A stretch of 64,000 bases of DNA from positions 32,001 to 96,000 of the forward strand of contig JBFXJJ010000002.1 of assembly GCA_050175015.1 (NCBI GenBank), read 5' to 3'. The position numbers were made by a program, and so were the translations under genes. The notes below the pieces were generated by a model. It was not told the DNA's origin. It was given only the letters and a program-made list of their open reading frames with translations, and ran no database searches. The first letter of the stretch is position 1. The number at the start of each line of letters is the position of its first letter. Of the stretch, positions 1-10,270 are shown piece after piece. The stretch is from Alphaproteobacteria bacterium (lineage in GTDB: Bacteria > Pseudomonadota > Alphaproteobacteria > JBFXJJ01).

Positions 1-1
1 G

Positions 2-1606
2 AGCCATCAAGTTATTAAGCGTAAACGTGTCATAATTAATTTTATCCACCCCTCCACGATACCATCTCGCAAGGTTAAAGTTGGGAGATAGCTTCTGTTT
101 GCCATCTTGCATTAATAACGCCGTCAGGTGATCAGAGTCGTTAGATAATGACAAACCTTCAGGAGGCATTATAACCTCAACCCCATTAACAGAAGTTCTG
201 ATGTAAACCCCCTCATTTTTGGGAACAATCGCTATACCTTGAGCCGTAGGCAGAAAATCAACATCGACATAAGACATCTCAGGGAAAATACCTCTGCCCA
301 AAGAGAATATAGGAACAACAAAAATAACATCTCCAATTTCAGGATCAACAACCGACATCATAAGACTGGGGTCTTTAACAGGCATAAATAATTTGGCGCC
401 TTCAGGAGATGTATGAATAGGAACCACATCTATTGTGCTTTGCGGCTTTATTGGCTGTTGAACTAAATCAACAATCCACAAAAATCCCTCTCGTCTAATG
501 CTTGGAGAAAAACTAGGATACGTTAATATTCTTACAACGGTTCCTTTAGAGTGAGGAATTTGAACCATATCTTTGATGACGTCACCACTCATTCTCATCA
601 TCATTGTAAAATCAATCGTTTTCTTATTATTAAAAATCAGCCAGATATATCCTGCTCTCTTAAAGGCAGCCAATGACGTTTGCATATTCCAAGGAAAACT
701 TAAGCTCACAATACGTGAATGAGTCATAGGCAGGAGCTTGCTTGGCTCGCTGACAACGGTAAGCTTCTCATCCGGGGTTTTACCCTTATCCTTAACCTTA
801 TCTTTTAGATTTTTATTTGCTTTTTTGGTTTCAGCAATATTTGCAAGTTTTTCTTTAACAACCTGTCCTATCGGAGATGTTTTGGGTCTGATGCTTGAAG
901 AACTGGCATTCTTAGGATTCAAAAAAACATCGACAACGATTGATCTTGATAAAATAAAATTTTCTTTTAAGCTGCCAGGAAGTTCTAAAAACGTTTTATC
1001 TTTGTCATTTTTAATCGATATTTTAGACGCATCTAGTTCTTGAGGAAGTTTTGATGCTAGTTCTGACTTATTAAAATGGAAAGGCTTATCAAAAGTAACT
1101 ATGACCTTATTGTCGTTAGAAGAAACGCTGTATTTAGGAACATTCTTGAAATCAAAAACATATCTAAAAAAAGTGTCGTGATAACCCGTTCTTATTAAAA
1201 CAGCATCTGATGAGTTATTAAATTTGCTATTTTTAGGTATCTCAATAGGACTGCCTAAAATATCAATAACAATATTATCTTTATCTTTAAAATCTCTAAC
1301 CGGATAAGGACGGGTCATTTTTATTTTGATTCTCTTCCCGTCTTTTGATTTTTCTATGTTATCTATGTAGCCGGATAATGATGATAAGATACTGCTTAGA
1401 GCAGCGTTTTGCTCTTTAGAAAAAAATATTTCTAAATTCTCTTCATTCACCTTGATTTTATAGTTGGTGCCTTCGGCGGTGTTAAAAACGATACGCCCGT
1501 AACCATCGCTGACAAAAGAAGAAACCATATCAGGAGCAGGGTAAGCAATATTTGGACTTAAAAAAGCCCCAAGGATTATCAAAGCTGCTACCAAAAAACG
1601 CTTCAA
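2..1606 (-). CDS. Large exported protein of the flagellar cluster (TPR-protein-like), runs off the left edge of the window
   Basis: Absent from the ORF track because it is truncated. Read manually: AGGAG RBS, TTG start at 1606, signal-peptide-like MKRFLVAALIILGAFLSPNIAYPA; later segments FKRAGYIWLIF and DPEIGDVIFVVP...LPTAQGIAIVP resemble the conserved TPR-type protein found beside cheY/fliM in Rhodospirillales. Confidence 0.7.
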   Translation of the reverse strand, partial: MKRFLVAALIILGAFLSPNIAYPAPDMVSSFVSDGYGRIVFNTAEGTNYKIKVNEENLEIFFSKEQNAALSSILSSLSGYIDNIEKSKDGKRIKIKMTRPYPVRDFKDKDNIVIDILGSPIEIPKNSKFNNSSDAVLIRTGYHDTFFRYVFDFKNVPKYSVSSNDNKVIVTFDKPFHFNKSELASKLPQELDASKISIKNDKDKTFLELPGSLKENFILSRSIVVDVFLNPKNASSSSIRPKTSPIGQVVKEKLANIAETKKANKNLKDKVKDKGKTPDEKLTVVSEPSKLLPMTHSRIVSLSFPWNMQTSLAAFKRAGYIWLIFNNKKTIDFTMMMRMSGDVIKDMVQIPHSKGTVVRILTYPSFSPSIRREGFLWIVDLVQQPIKPQSTIDVVPIHTSPEGAKLFMPVKDPSLMMSVVDPEIGDVIFVVPIFSLGRGIFPEMSYVDVDFLPTAQGIAIVPKNEGVYIRTSVNGVEVIMPPEGLSLSNDSDHLTALLMQDGKQKLSPNFNLARWYRGGVDKINYDTFTLNNLMA

Positions 1607-1709
1607 AGATAAGCTCCTAAAAAAATACCCTATAAAAATATTTAACAAAAAAATGAATTATAAAATAAATCAATTTAGAAAAAAACAAAATAACTCTGAT
1701 CAAAAAAAT

Positions 1710-1742
1710 AAGGCTGCCAGAACATTAAGCAATGGCAACCTT
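1710..1742 (-). terminator. Probable intrinsic terminator after cheY
   Basis: AAGGCTGCCA...TGGCAACCTT imperfect stem with an A-run on its left (U-run on minus strand). Confidence 0.5.
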
Positions 1743-1772
1743 ACAACATCTTTACCAAATATAGTAAAAAAC

Positions 1773-2165
1773 TTAAGAAATATCCCCAAGAACACTGGAC
1801 ATTTTTGCTTTTAATGTCTCACCATTAAATGGTTTAACTATATAGTTTGAAACACCAGCTTGTTTTGCAGCAATAACATTTTCAGGCTTACTTTCAGCAG
1901 TAACCATAATAAATGGTATTCTTTTAAGCTTTTCATCTTTACGAACTTCCTGCAATAGCTGGAAGCCTGTCATCGGTTCCATATTCCAATCAGAAATAAT
2001 CAAACCGTGTGGACCTTGAGACCGTAGAACCTGCAAAGCCTGTTTGCCATCTTCTGCCTCATCAACATTGTTAAAACCAATTTGCTTTAAAAGGTTTCTA
2101 ATAATTCTTCTCATCGTTTTATAGTCATCAACGACTAAAACCTTCATTTGCTTATTAACTGCCAT
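1773..2165 (-). CDS. cheY: Chemotaxis response regulator CheY
   Basis: Single receiver domain: VLVVDD, ISDWNMEPMTG, MVTAES, YIVKPF. Confidence 0.93.
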   Translation of the reverse strand: MAVNKQMKVLVVDDYKTMRRIIRNLLKQIGFNNVDEAEDGKQALQVLRSQGPHGLIISDWNMEPMTGFQLLQEVRKDEKLKRIPFIMVTAESKPENVIAAKQAGVSNYIVKPFNGETLKAKMSSVLGDIS

Positions 2166-2274
2166 TGTTTCCCACCTAAATATCGTTCTTTAAAACTAAT
2201 TTTTATTATTATATAAACAATTTATCAAATATCAATTAAACAAATAGTTAATATTTTTACTAAAAATTTAAAAT

Positions 2275-2994
2275 CTATCTTAAAATACTTTTTCCACTGT
2301 CTAAATTCAAGCTATTCAGCTTATTTCTATCTGCTAATTCGATAGTTAATGCTCGAGCTTTTTCTGGAGACATAGCCGAAAGTATAGCTGCAGCATTTTG
2401 CGTTCTCATTTTTTCAAACAAAACTATCAATATATTCATCTCTAAATCATCAAAAATAACAGCCGCATCTTTCGGTTTCATTTTTGTATATAAATCAACT
2501 AATCCCTGAAGCCGTTCCTGTTCTTTCTTATCATATTCTCCAAGCAGCTCTTTTATACTTTTTTCATAACTTTTTAAAGAACTAATTTTACGTTCTATTT
2601 GTCCTTCCGCTGCTTTTAGGAGAGCCATTTGCTGCTCAACTTGCTTTTCTCTAGCATCTATCTCTTCTCTTCTTTTAGCTAAGCTTTGAAGAACATCTAT
2701 CTCTGAGGGGCTGTATTCCTCATTTCCTGCAATATCTGAATCGGCATCTTCTGTCATCAGATATCCTGGAGCAAAATCTTGACCTGGGGCCATAAGATTA
2801 TCTTCTTTAGCTTTGCCACTGTTTGCATCAGCTGCATTAGCCTTAGTTTCTGCAAAAATATTATTATCCTGCTCGACATCAAACGATAAAAAAATGCTTT
2901 TCAATCTAACCGTCATCATTAATACCATAAAAAATATTACCAACGGTATTAATTTCAAATTGATGCGGCTTTTTTTTACTTCATTATCACTCAT
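2275..2994 (-). CDS. MotE/FlbB-like flagellar protein
   Basis: N-terminal TM, coiled coil, C-terminal LYTKMKPKDAAVIF...AAAILSAMSPEKA; flagellar context. Confidence 0.8.
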   Translation of the reverse strand: MSDNEVKKSRINLKLIPLVIFFMVLMMTVRLKSIFLSFDVEQDNNIFAETKANAADANSGKAKEDNLMAPGQDFAPGYLMTEDADSDIAGNEEYSPSEIDVLQSLAKRREEIDAREKQVEQQMALLKAAEGQIERKISSLKSYEKSIKELLGEYDKKEQERLQGLVDLYTKMKPKDAAVIFDDLEMNILIVLFEKMRTQNAAAILSAMSPEKARALTIELADRNKLNSLNLDSGKSILR

Positions 2995-3563
2995 GCTTTG
3001 TCCTTTAATGAAGAGGATTGCATAGCTCTTAACAAGTTACGTTCAGCGTCCGACATATTATCGTGTTCAGCAAAAAAGGCTTCTTCATCATCATAATTAC
3101 CTAAAGCCATAGCCCCTAACATCGTTTTTGCTTCTTCGTGAACTAACCCCTTGTTTCTTGCGGCCGGTTTTGTTTCCAGCGCCGCAGCTAGATTAAGAGC
3201 TTTAGCTCTCATTGGAGATTTTTGTTTATTCACAGTTTCGTGCCTTGCCGTAGCTAAGTCTTCTTCTAATCTTTCTGCTATACTCTCTGAGCGCTCAATC
3301 ATAAATGATAAATCATCTCGAAGCACTTGGGCTTTTTCTATCTGTTCTTTAAGATTTAGGCTGTTGGCCTCTATGGTCTGCTTAAACTTGGGAATACTTG
3401 TTTCCGCCCTTGAGGTTGCAATATTAAAATCGTTTATCAAACTTCCTAATTCTTTTTTACTTTTACGAATAACATCAAGCTTACGGTTAAGCACGGTTGC
3501 AAAACCTATTGTTGTTGCTAAAAGAACTATAACTATTAAGTCAAAAATTGTTTGAATATTCAT
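2991..3563 (-). CDS. Membrane-anchored coiled-coil protein (DUF6468-like)
   Basis: N-terminal TM then LNRKL...FNIATSRAETSI; usual position downstream of fliM. Confidence 0.65.
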   Translation of the reverse strand: MNIQTIFDLIVIVLLATTIGFATVLNRKLDVIRKSKKELGSLINDFNIATSRAETSIPKFKQTIEANSLNLKEQIEKAQVLRDDLSFMIERSESIAERLEEDLATARHETVNKQKSPMRAKALNLAAALETKPAARNKGLVHEEAKTMLGAMALGNYDDEEAFFAEHDNMSDAERNLLRAMQSSSLKDKA

Positions 3564-3571
3564 ATTTATCC

Positions 3572-4768
3572 TTAAGTCTTTCGCCGCTTAACTTTATCAA
3601 TAATTTTGATTGCTATTTTATTGCCTTTGCGCCCCATATTTCCTCTAAACATTGGAATATCGCCGCATAGCACCTCAACTTGAGATGAAGGCGTTGCATT
3701 GAGCATAATTCTTGAACCCTTCTGCCAGCTAAGCACATCTCTAAGCATAATTTCCTGCTGGTCTAAAACCGCAGACATATCAACTTCGGTTAGCCATAGT
3801 TCTTCTGCAAGGTGGGTTTCCCAAATTGAGTCTCTACCAAATTTTTCACCCATAAACATTTGCAGCAAAAGCTCTCTGACCGGTTCCAATGTTGCATAAG
3901 GAATAAGCAATTCAATACGGCCGCCTCGGTCTTCCATATCAATTCTTAATTTAGCAACTATCGCCGCATTTGAAGGTCTTGAAATCGTTGCAAATCGTGG
4001 ATTTGTTTCTAATCTGTCAAATCTAAAAGTTACAGGACTTAACGGATCAAAAGCGGCTGACAAGTCAGCCAAAACAACGTGTATCATACTTTCAACAAGG
4101 TTGCGTTCAATCGTTGTATAAGGTCTGCCCTCAATTCTCATTGCAGCCGTTCCTCTGCGACCGCCAAGCAACACGTCAACTACAGAGTAAATCATTGATG
4201 AATCAATCATCATCAATCCATAGTTATCCCATTCCTCAGCTTTAAAAACAATCAACATCGCAGGTAGAGGAATTGAATTCAAATAATCTCCAAAACGTAG
4301 AGATATAATATTATCAAGAGCAACTTCAACGTTGTCTTGAGTAAAGTTTCTAAGCGATGTTGACATCATTCTAACCAAACGGTCAAAAACGATTTCAAGC
4401 ATAGGCAGACGTTCATAAGAAACCATCGAAGAGTTTAATATGGCTTGAATACCCGATTTTTCGCTATGCTCTTCAATATTATCATCAAAGCCAAGCAAGC
4501 TATCGATCTCGTCTTGATCTAAAACTCTGCCATTTCCTGGGATTTCAGCATTAAACTCACCGTCAGCGCCTCCTTGAGCCTCACCGTCTCCACCTTCATT
4601 TTCCAGTGTTGCAGCCCATTCAGCCGCCATATCATCTTGGCTTTCATCTCCCGCAGAACTTTCTTCTGAAGGAGCTCCTTCTCCTTCATCGTCCATTCCA
4701 GCCATCTCTGCCCATTCAGCCATTAAAGCTTCTTCATCGACACTAGATTTATTTTCTGAATCAGCCAT
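3572..4768 (-). CDS. fliM: Flagellar motor switch protein FliM
   Basis: RVLDQDEIDSLL CheY-binding peptide, YERLPMLEIVFDRL, C-terminal SPOA domain. Confidence 0.96.
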   Translation of the reverse strand: MADSENKSSVDEEALMAEWAEMAGMDDEGEGAPSEESSAGDESQDDMAAEWAATLENEGGDGEAQGGADGEFNAEIPGNGRVLDQDEIDSLLGFDDNIEEHSEKSGIQAILNSSMVSYERLPMLEIVFDRLVRMMSTSLRNFTQDNVEVALDNIISLRFGDYLNSIPLPAMLIVFKAEEWDNYGLMMIDSSMIYSVVDVLLGGRRGTAAMRIEGRPYTTIERNLVESMIHVVLADLSAAFDPLSPVTFRFDRLETNPRFATISRPSNAAIVAKLRIDMEDRGGRIELLIPYATLEPVRELLLQMFMGEKFGRDSIWETHLAEELWLTEVDMSAVLDQQEIMLRDVLSWQKGSRIMLNATPSSQVEVLCGDIPMFRGNMGRKGNKIAIKIIDKVKRRKT

Positions 4769-4783
4769 AAAAAAACACCCTAA

Positions 4784-5338
4784 TTAATGTATTTCGAATT
4801 GTTTAAATCTAATATCCAAAACTTTTGCTGGTCTAACTGCTCGATTAACTCTAAAAAGAAGTTCCTCTTTGAGACGATAAACGCCAGCCGATCCCTCTAA
4901 TTCTTCTGCCCTAATTTCTCTTAAATGAATTAAAAAAGTATCTATCACTCTGGGCATATATTCTTCTACTCTTGGAATATCTAAAGCATCTTCAATTTCC
5001 AAAGAAACTCTGATTCTCATTAAACCACCAGGCCTATTATCGTTAGACCTTAAATTTACGACCATTTCTGGCAGATCATAAAAAACAGTATCTACAATTT
5101 CTTTTTGTTCGCCATTGTCTTCTGTTGTTTGCTCTTTTTTATCTTTGGGATTCATTCCGCCAAAAAGACTGTCAGCAACCCCAGAAAAATAAACACCAAC
5201 CGCAGCGCCTATTACCAAAAGCAACGGCAGAAGAATCATTATAATCTTTTTCCGGTTAATATCACCAGCAACAGAAGATTCTTCCGCAGCCTCACCTTCA
5301 GCAACGTCTTCATTAAGCTCTTCGTCTTCTTCAGCCAT
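4784..5338 (-). CDS. fliL: Flagellar basal body-associated protein FliL
   Basis: Single TM, FYDLPEMVVNL, MPRVID...LEGSAGVYRLKEELL. Confidence 0.93.
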   Translation of the reverse strand: MAEEDEELNEDVAEGEAAEESSVAGDINRKKIIMILLPLLLVIGAAVGVYFSGVADSLFGGMNPKDKKEQTTEDNGEQKEIVDTVFYDLPEMVVNLRSNDNRPGGLMRIRVSLEIEDALDIPRVEEYMPRVIDTFLIHLREIRAEELEGSAGVYRLKEELLFRVNRAVRPAKVLDIRFKQFEIH

Positions 5339-5539
5339 ATTTTATATCTGCTCCAACCTAACTTAAAAAATTATAATTAATTAACTTATAACACAAAATA
5401 ATTAACAGTTACTTTATATTTTGCTTCTTATTTCTATCTTTTATCAAAAAATTACCACAAGTTTCTTTTCGCAACAAACCTTATTTTAAAACTATCCATA
5501 TGCAACGAAAGTGTATGCAAAGCAATGCTTTTAAGAAAC

Positions 5540-5555
5540 TGGCACGATAAATGCA
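5540..5555 (+). promoter_or_regulatory. Sigma-54 (-24/-12) promoter of flgFGAH
   Basis: TGGCACGATAAATGCA matches TGGCAC-N5-TTGC with one mismatch, 55 nt upstream of flgF. Confidence 0.8.
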
Positions 5556-5610
5556 TAGTTGTTTGTAGCGAAAAATTGTTAAGCAAAATATTTTAGATAG
5601 GATAAAAAAA

Positions 5611-6354
5611 ATGAATAACACTCTTTACATTTCATTATCTCGTCAAACAGCATTATGGAGGCAACTTGATGTTGTTGCCAATAATATGGCTAATATGAAT
5701 ACTACTGCTTTTAAAGCAGATAATTCTCTTTTCAGTCAATATTTGGTAAAAACCCCAAATGGCAGCACTCCAGATAAAACTTTAGCATTTACACAAGATT
5801 ATGGTTTGGTTGAGGATTTTTCTGAGGGTCCTATGTCTGCAACTAGCAATCCTTTAGATGTTGCTATTCACGGCGATGGCTTCTTTGTTTTAGAAGGATC
5901 TGACGGTGAAACCTACAGCCGAGATGGTCAATTTAAACTAAACAGTGATGGAATGCTGGTTAATTCTGACAACCTACCTGTTTTATCAACTAACAATGCG
6001 CCTATCTTTCTTGCTCCCAACGAGCAAGACATTGAAATTGCAAGAGATGGCACCGTTTCTACAGAAAACGGTGAAATCGGCAAAATAAAGATTGTTGCCT
6101 TTGAAGACAACCAAAAATTAACCAAAACCTATGGCAGCCTTTATGCCACCACCAAAGACAATCCAGCAAAAGAAGTTGAGACTGTTAATGTCGAACAAGG
6201 AATGCTTGAACAGTCAAATGTTCAGCCTATTAACGAAATCACCAAAATGATTTCTTTGCAACGTTCTTACGGCAACGTCCAACAAATGATTGATAGCGAA
6301 TACGAACGTTTAGGTAAAGCTATTGATGTTTTATCAGCTCGTGCTAACCGCTAA
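5611..6354 (+). CDS. flgF: Flagellar basal-body rod protein FlgF
   Basis: VVANNMANMNT, NPLDVAIHGDGFF, QGMLEQSNV; precedes flgG. Confidence 0.93.
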   Translation: MNNTLYISLSRQTALWRQLDVVANNMANMNTTAFKADNSLFSQYLVKTPNGSTPDKTLAFTQDYGLVEDFSEGPMSATSNPLDVAIHGDGFFVLEGSDGETYSRDGQFKLNSDGMLVNSDNLPVLSTNNAPIFLAPNEQDIEIARDGTVSTENGEIGKIKIVAFEDNQKLTKTYGSLYATTKDNPAKEVETVNVEQGMLEQSNVQPINEITKMISLQRSYGNVQQMIDSEYERLGKAIDVLSARANR

Positions 6355-6378
6355 AAAAATAAAAAAAGGAGAAAAAAA

Positions 6379-7167
6379 ATGAGGTCTTTAAATATTGGAG
6401 CAACAGGAATGCTGGCACAGCAAACCAACGTTGAAGTTATATCAAATAATATCGCCAATATGAACACCACTGCTTATTCAAGACGCCGTGCAGAATTTCA
6501 TGATCTTATTTATCAAAATATGCGCCGTGTAGGTTCTAGTTCTTCAGACTCTGGTACGATTGTACCATCTGGTGTTCAACTCGGTATGGGTGTAAAAACC
6601 GCTGCAGTTTACCGTATTTCAGAAAGAGGAAGTATGATTTCAACCGATAATCCTCTTGATTTAGGTATCCAAGGAAAAGGATATTTTCAAGTTGAACTTC
6701 CGGGTGGAAAAGGCACAGCTTTTACTAAAGACGGTTCTTTCCAATTAAGTACTGACGGTGAACTTGTTACCCACGATGGATATACCGTTATGCCAGGAAT
6801 AACCATTCCTTCTGATGCAACGGGTGTTACCATTAACCAATCTGGTGAAGTTTGGGTAAAAATTGATGGTGAGTCCGAACAGGTTAATGTTGGACAGCTC
6901 GAACTTGCAACCTTTGCCAATGATGCTGGCTTAGAAGCAATCGGAGACAATTTGTTTGTTGAAACCACAGCGTCAGGACAAGCTAACGTTGCTCAGCCTG
7001 CAACTCCTGGATACGGCACAATTCTGCAAGGTTTTCTTGAAGCCTCAAATGTTAATGTAGTTTCTGAAATTACCGAACTCGTCAGTGCCCAGCGCGCCTA
7101 TGAAATGAATTCTAAAGTCATTCAAACATCTGACCAAATGATGTCAACAGTCAATCAAATGAAATAA
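6379..7167 (+). CDS. flgG: Flagellar basal-body rod protein FlgG
   Basis: ISNNIANMNT, FHDLIYQ, QGFLEASNVNVVSE, AQRAYEMNSKVI. Confidence 0.96.
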   Translation: MRSLNIGATGMLAQQTNVEVISNNIANMNTTAYSRRRAEFHDLIYQNMRRVGSSSSDSGTIVPSGVQLGMGVKTAAVYRISERGSMISTDNPLDLGIQGKGYFQVELPGGKGTAFTKDGSFQLSTDGELVTHDGYTVMPGITIPSDATGVTINQSGEVWVKIDGESEQVNVGQLELATFANDAGLEAIGDNLFVETTASGQANVAQPATPGYGTILQGFLEASNVNVVSEITELVSAQRAYEMNSKVIQTSDQMMSTVNQMK

Positions 7168-7190
7168 TTAAACATCTTGGGAGACTAACA

Positions 7191-8156
7191 ATGAAAAATT
7201 CAGTAAAAACAATGATGATATTAGTAGCGTCCTTAGTGTTTGCTTTTTCCGCAAATGCTGGCAGCAATGAGGATTTTCTCCTTTCTCAAGAGCTGATAAC
7301 GCTTAAGCCATCTAGCGTTGTTACTGATAATCACATCAAATTAGGTGACATCTTTAATGGTCTTTCTGAAAATAGTAACAAAGACGTAGCTATTTCTCCT
7401 AATCCTGGAGAACAGCTTGTTTTAGATGCTAGACAGCTTTATCGTATAGCTAGAGCATTAAACGTTGATTGGAGACCAATTTCTTTAGAAAGCGAGATAA
7501 TCATATCACGTGCCAGCCACATTGTTAAAAACAACGAAATTGAAGAAGCTGTAACTGATGCTCTTAGAAGCAAAGACATTGATGATGATGCTGAAATTGT
7601 CTTTAATACTAGAGATTTAGAAATTCATACTCCAGCAGATGTCATTGCCTCTCTTGTTGTTAAAGAACTTTTACTTGATGCCAGCAAAAGACGCTTTTCG
7701 GCAACGGTCGATATTGTTGCTGATGAGACTTCTTATGGCAACGTAAGAATTAGTGGGCAAATCTTTCCTGTAACATTAGTGCCTGTACTAAATGAAACAA
7801 TATCTTCGGGGACAATCATAAAAGATAATTATCTAGCTCTTGAAAGCGTTAGAACCGATCAAATCAAGTCGAATACTTTAATTGATAAAAAACAAATCAT
7901 TGGAATGGAAGCAAAAAAGAACCTACGTAAAGGCTCCACGATTCAAACTAACGAAATTGACCGCCCTCTTCTGGTTAACCGCAATCAACTAGTATCAATT
8001 GTATTCAATACCCCATCTATGAATCTCACGGCTAAAGGACAAGCAAAAGAAAGCGGCAGTGAGGGTGACTTAATCAAAGTTGTGAATACCAGAAGCAACA
8101 AAACAATACAGGCAAGAATCACAAGTGAAGCAACCGTTGTTGTTGATACACTATAG
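7191..8156 (+). CDS. flgA: P-ring formation chaperone FlgA
   Basis: Signal peptide, C-terminal AKGQAKESGSEGDLIKVVNTRSNK; between flgG and flgH. Confidence 0.9.
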   Translation: MKNSVKTMMILVASLVFAFSANAGSNEDFLLSQELITLKPSSVVTDNHIKLGDIFNGLSENSNKDVAISPNPGEQLVLDARQLYRIARALNVDWRPISLESEIIISRASHIVKNNEIEEAVTDALRSKDIDDDAEIVFNTRDLEIHTPADVIASLVVKELLLDASKRRFSATVDIVADETSYGNVRISGQIFPVTLVPVLNETISSGTIIKDNYLALESVRTDQIKSNTLIDKKQIIGMEAKKNLRKGSTIQTNEIDRPLLVNRNQLVSIVFNTPSMNLTAKGQAKESGSEGDLIKVVNTRSNKTIQARITSEATVVVDTL

Positions 8157-8188
8157 AAATTTTAACAATTCCATAAGGGGAATTAATT

Positions 8189-8974
8189 ATGACTAAAAAC
8201 TTATTATTAATTTCTAAGACCAGTCTTTTAAATACCGCAAAAACGGCTCTTATCATAAGCCTTGTAAGCAGCGTTTCAGCCTGCGGTATACTTGGAAGAT
8301 TATCAGAAGTTGGAAAACCACCAGCTATCAGCAAAATTGAAAATCCAACAGAAAAAGCTGATTATCAACCTGTTTCTATGCCTATGCCTGAACCTAAAAT
8401 TGCCCAGCCAAGCACCAATTCGTTGTGGCGCACAGGCTCTAGGAGCTTTTTTAAAGACCAAAGGGCATCCAATATCGGCGATATTTTAACCGTAAAAGTA
8501 ACTATTGAAGATGACGCTTTATTAGAAAATAAATCTGAACAGAAAAGAGGCAGCAATAGCGACAGCTTATCTGTAAATGCTTTAGGAGGCTTAGAAAGTT
8601 ATGCCAATAAAATTCTGCCCGATGCAGTTGATCCAAGCAACTTGATTGACATTGAAAGCAAAAGATCAATTACAGGTGATGGCTCCATTGATAGAAATGA
8701 AAAAATTAATATGACTATGGCTGCGGTCGTTACGCAAATTATGCCTAACGGAAACTTAGTCATTCACGGCAGCCAAGAAGTACGAGTTAATTACGAATTA
8801 CGCCGCTTAGAATTAGAAGGCATTATCCGCAGGGAAGATATTTCCTCCCAGAACACCATAGAATCAAAGCAAATTGCTGAATTGCGTGTGGGATATGGCG
8901 GCAGAGGAACTTTAAGTGATATCCAACAGCCTCGTTATGGCAGCCAAGTTATGGATATCGTTATGCCGTTCTAA
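8189..8974 (+). CDS. flgH: Flagellar L-ring protein FlgH
   Basis: Lipobox VSAC, FFKDQRASNIGDILTV, PNGNLVIHGSQEVRVN. Confidence 0.95.
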   Translation: MTKNLLLISKTSLLNTAKTALIISLVSSVSACGILGRLSEVGKPPAISKIENPTEKADYQPVSMPMPEPKIAQPSTNSLWRTGSRSFFKDQRASNIGDILTVKVTIEDDALLENKSEQKRGSNSDSLSVNALGGLESYANKILPDAVDPSNLIDIESKRSITGDGSIDRNEKINMTMAAVVTQIMPNGNLVIHGSQEVRVNYELRRLELEGIIRREDISSQNTIESKQIAELRVGYGGRGTLSDIQQPRYGSQVMDIVMPF

Positions 8975-9167
8975 ATAATATTAATAATTATTTAAGTATA
9001 TTTCTTATAATATAAATGGAGGAAGAGTAGACAAGTACTAAATATTCTAAAATTACTATCGCTATATACAATATTTTGTGTTACATTTTTTAATACTTTA
9101 AACATTTTTAAAAAAACAAACAAAAAAACATTCGTTGTTTGTTTATCTGGGGAGAGGAATTTTAACC

Positions 9168-10145
9168 ATGACTTATACTAAGACTTTATCAACTACAGAA
9201 AACGATGCCGCCGCTTTAGTCAAATCGGCTTACCTACTCGCTAGTGCTAAAGACTCAGGTAATCCAACCGCTATGGCAACGGCACTTGATGAAAATTTAC
9301 GCCTTTGGATAGGCATAAAATCTCTAGTTGCTAACAAACGGCATTCTTTGCCTAACGATATTAAACAAAATCTAGTTAAACTGGCTGATTTTATTGCTCA
9401 AAAAACTTTTGAATACGGCGTTGAAATGCCTGAAAGTACTTTAAAAACTTTTATTAACTCCAATCTTCAAATTTCTGAAGGTCTTTTAGCTCCAATTCAA
9501 CTTTCTGTAGTAGAAAAAGATTCTCTTGCTTTATTAAAGTGTGCTTTTGATTTATCTAATGCTAAGAAAGAAAATGATTTAAAAGCTCTAACAATCGCTC
9601 TTGATAACAATTTAAAACTATGGGTAATCATTAGGACTGTCGTTAAAAGCCCTAATTGTGAACTTCCTGAAGATACCAAATTAAATCTTATTAAATTAAG
9701 CGAATTTACAGCTCAAAAAACTTTTGAGTTAAGCAATCAGATGAATGAAAGATCTATTGATGTTTTAATCAACAACAACCTTAATATTGCCGAAGGTTTG
9801 TTAACTGGTTCTAATATGAACCCTGCGGAACAAGATGCCATGGTTCTTGTAAAAGCTGCAGTTGAACTAACTAGTGCAAGAGACCGCAAAGACAAAGGGG
9901 CTTTAGTTCAAGCTCTTGACAGCAATCTCCAAATTTGGGTTGGCATTAAAACTGCTGCCAAAAGAAAAGAAAACCCTCTTTCTTCTGAAATTAAACAAAA
10001 TCTTATTAAACTAGCCGATTTTGTTGCCCAGAAAACATTTGAACTTGGCGAAAATATGAATGACACAACGTTAGATACTATTATTAACGCCAACTTACAA
10101 ATCTCTGAAGGTCTTTTAGAAAAAAGAAATTGCAAGCTTAATTGA
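9168..10145 (+). CDS. Protein with three tandem FlaF-like domains
   Basis: Three ~100-aa repeats: ALD.NL.LW.....V....LP..IK.NL.KL..F.AQKTFE....L...IN.NL.I.EGLL. ATG at 9168 after GGAGAGGA is preferred to the track start at 9135. Confidence 0.8.
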   Translation: MTYTKTLSTTENDAAALVKSAYLLASAKDSGNPTAMATALDENLRLWIGIKSLVANKRHSLPNDIKQNLVKLADFIAQKTFEYGVEMPESTLKTFINSNLQISEGLLAPIQLSVVEKDSLALLKCAFDLSNAKKENDLKALTIALDNNLKLWVIIRTVVKSPNCELPEDTKLNLIKLSEFTAQKTFELSNQMNERSIDVLINNNLNIAEGLLTGSNMNPAEQDAMVLVKAAVELTSARDRKDKGALVQALDSNLQIWVGIKTAAKRKENPLSSEIKQNLIKLADFVAQKTFELGENMNDTTLDTIINANLQISEGLLEKRNCKLN

Positions 10146-10187
10146 CTAACGTCTTTAGATATTTAGTTAACAACTTATAAATCTAAT

Positions 10188-10223
10188 AAAATGCGGAATG
10201 TTGAAAAAACACTCCGCATTTTT
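10188..10223. terminator. Bidirectional intrinsic terminator
   Basis: AAAATGCGGA...TCCGCATTTTT between convergent genes. Confidence 0.8.
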
Positions 10224-10270
10224 GATGGAATAATAAAAACATTAAAGCAATATCAATTTAGCTTTAAATG

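Noticed and set aside
738-1043. Plus-strand 101-aa ORF
   Set aside because: Antisense shadow of the large minus-strand gene starting at 1606
9029-9052. AGACAAGTACT and AATATTCTAAAA shared with 58209-58231
   Set aside because: Short AT-rich words in different order; probably coincidental
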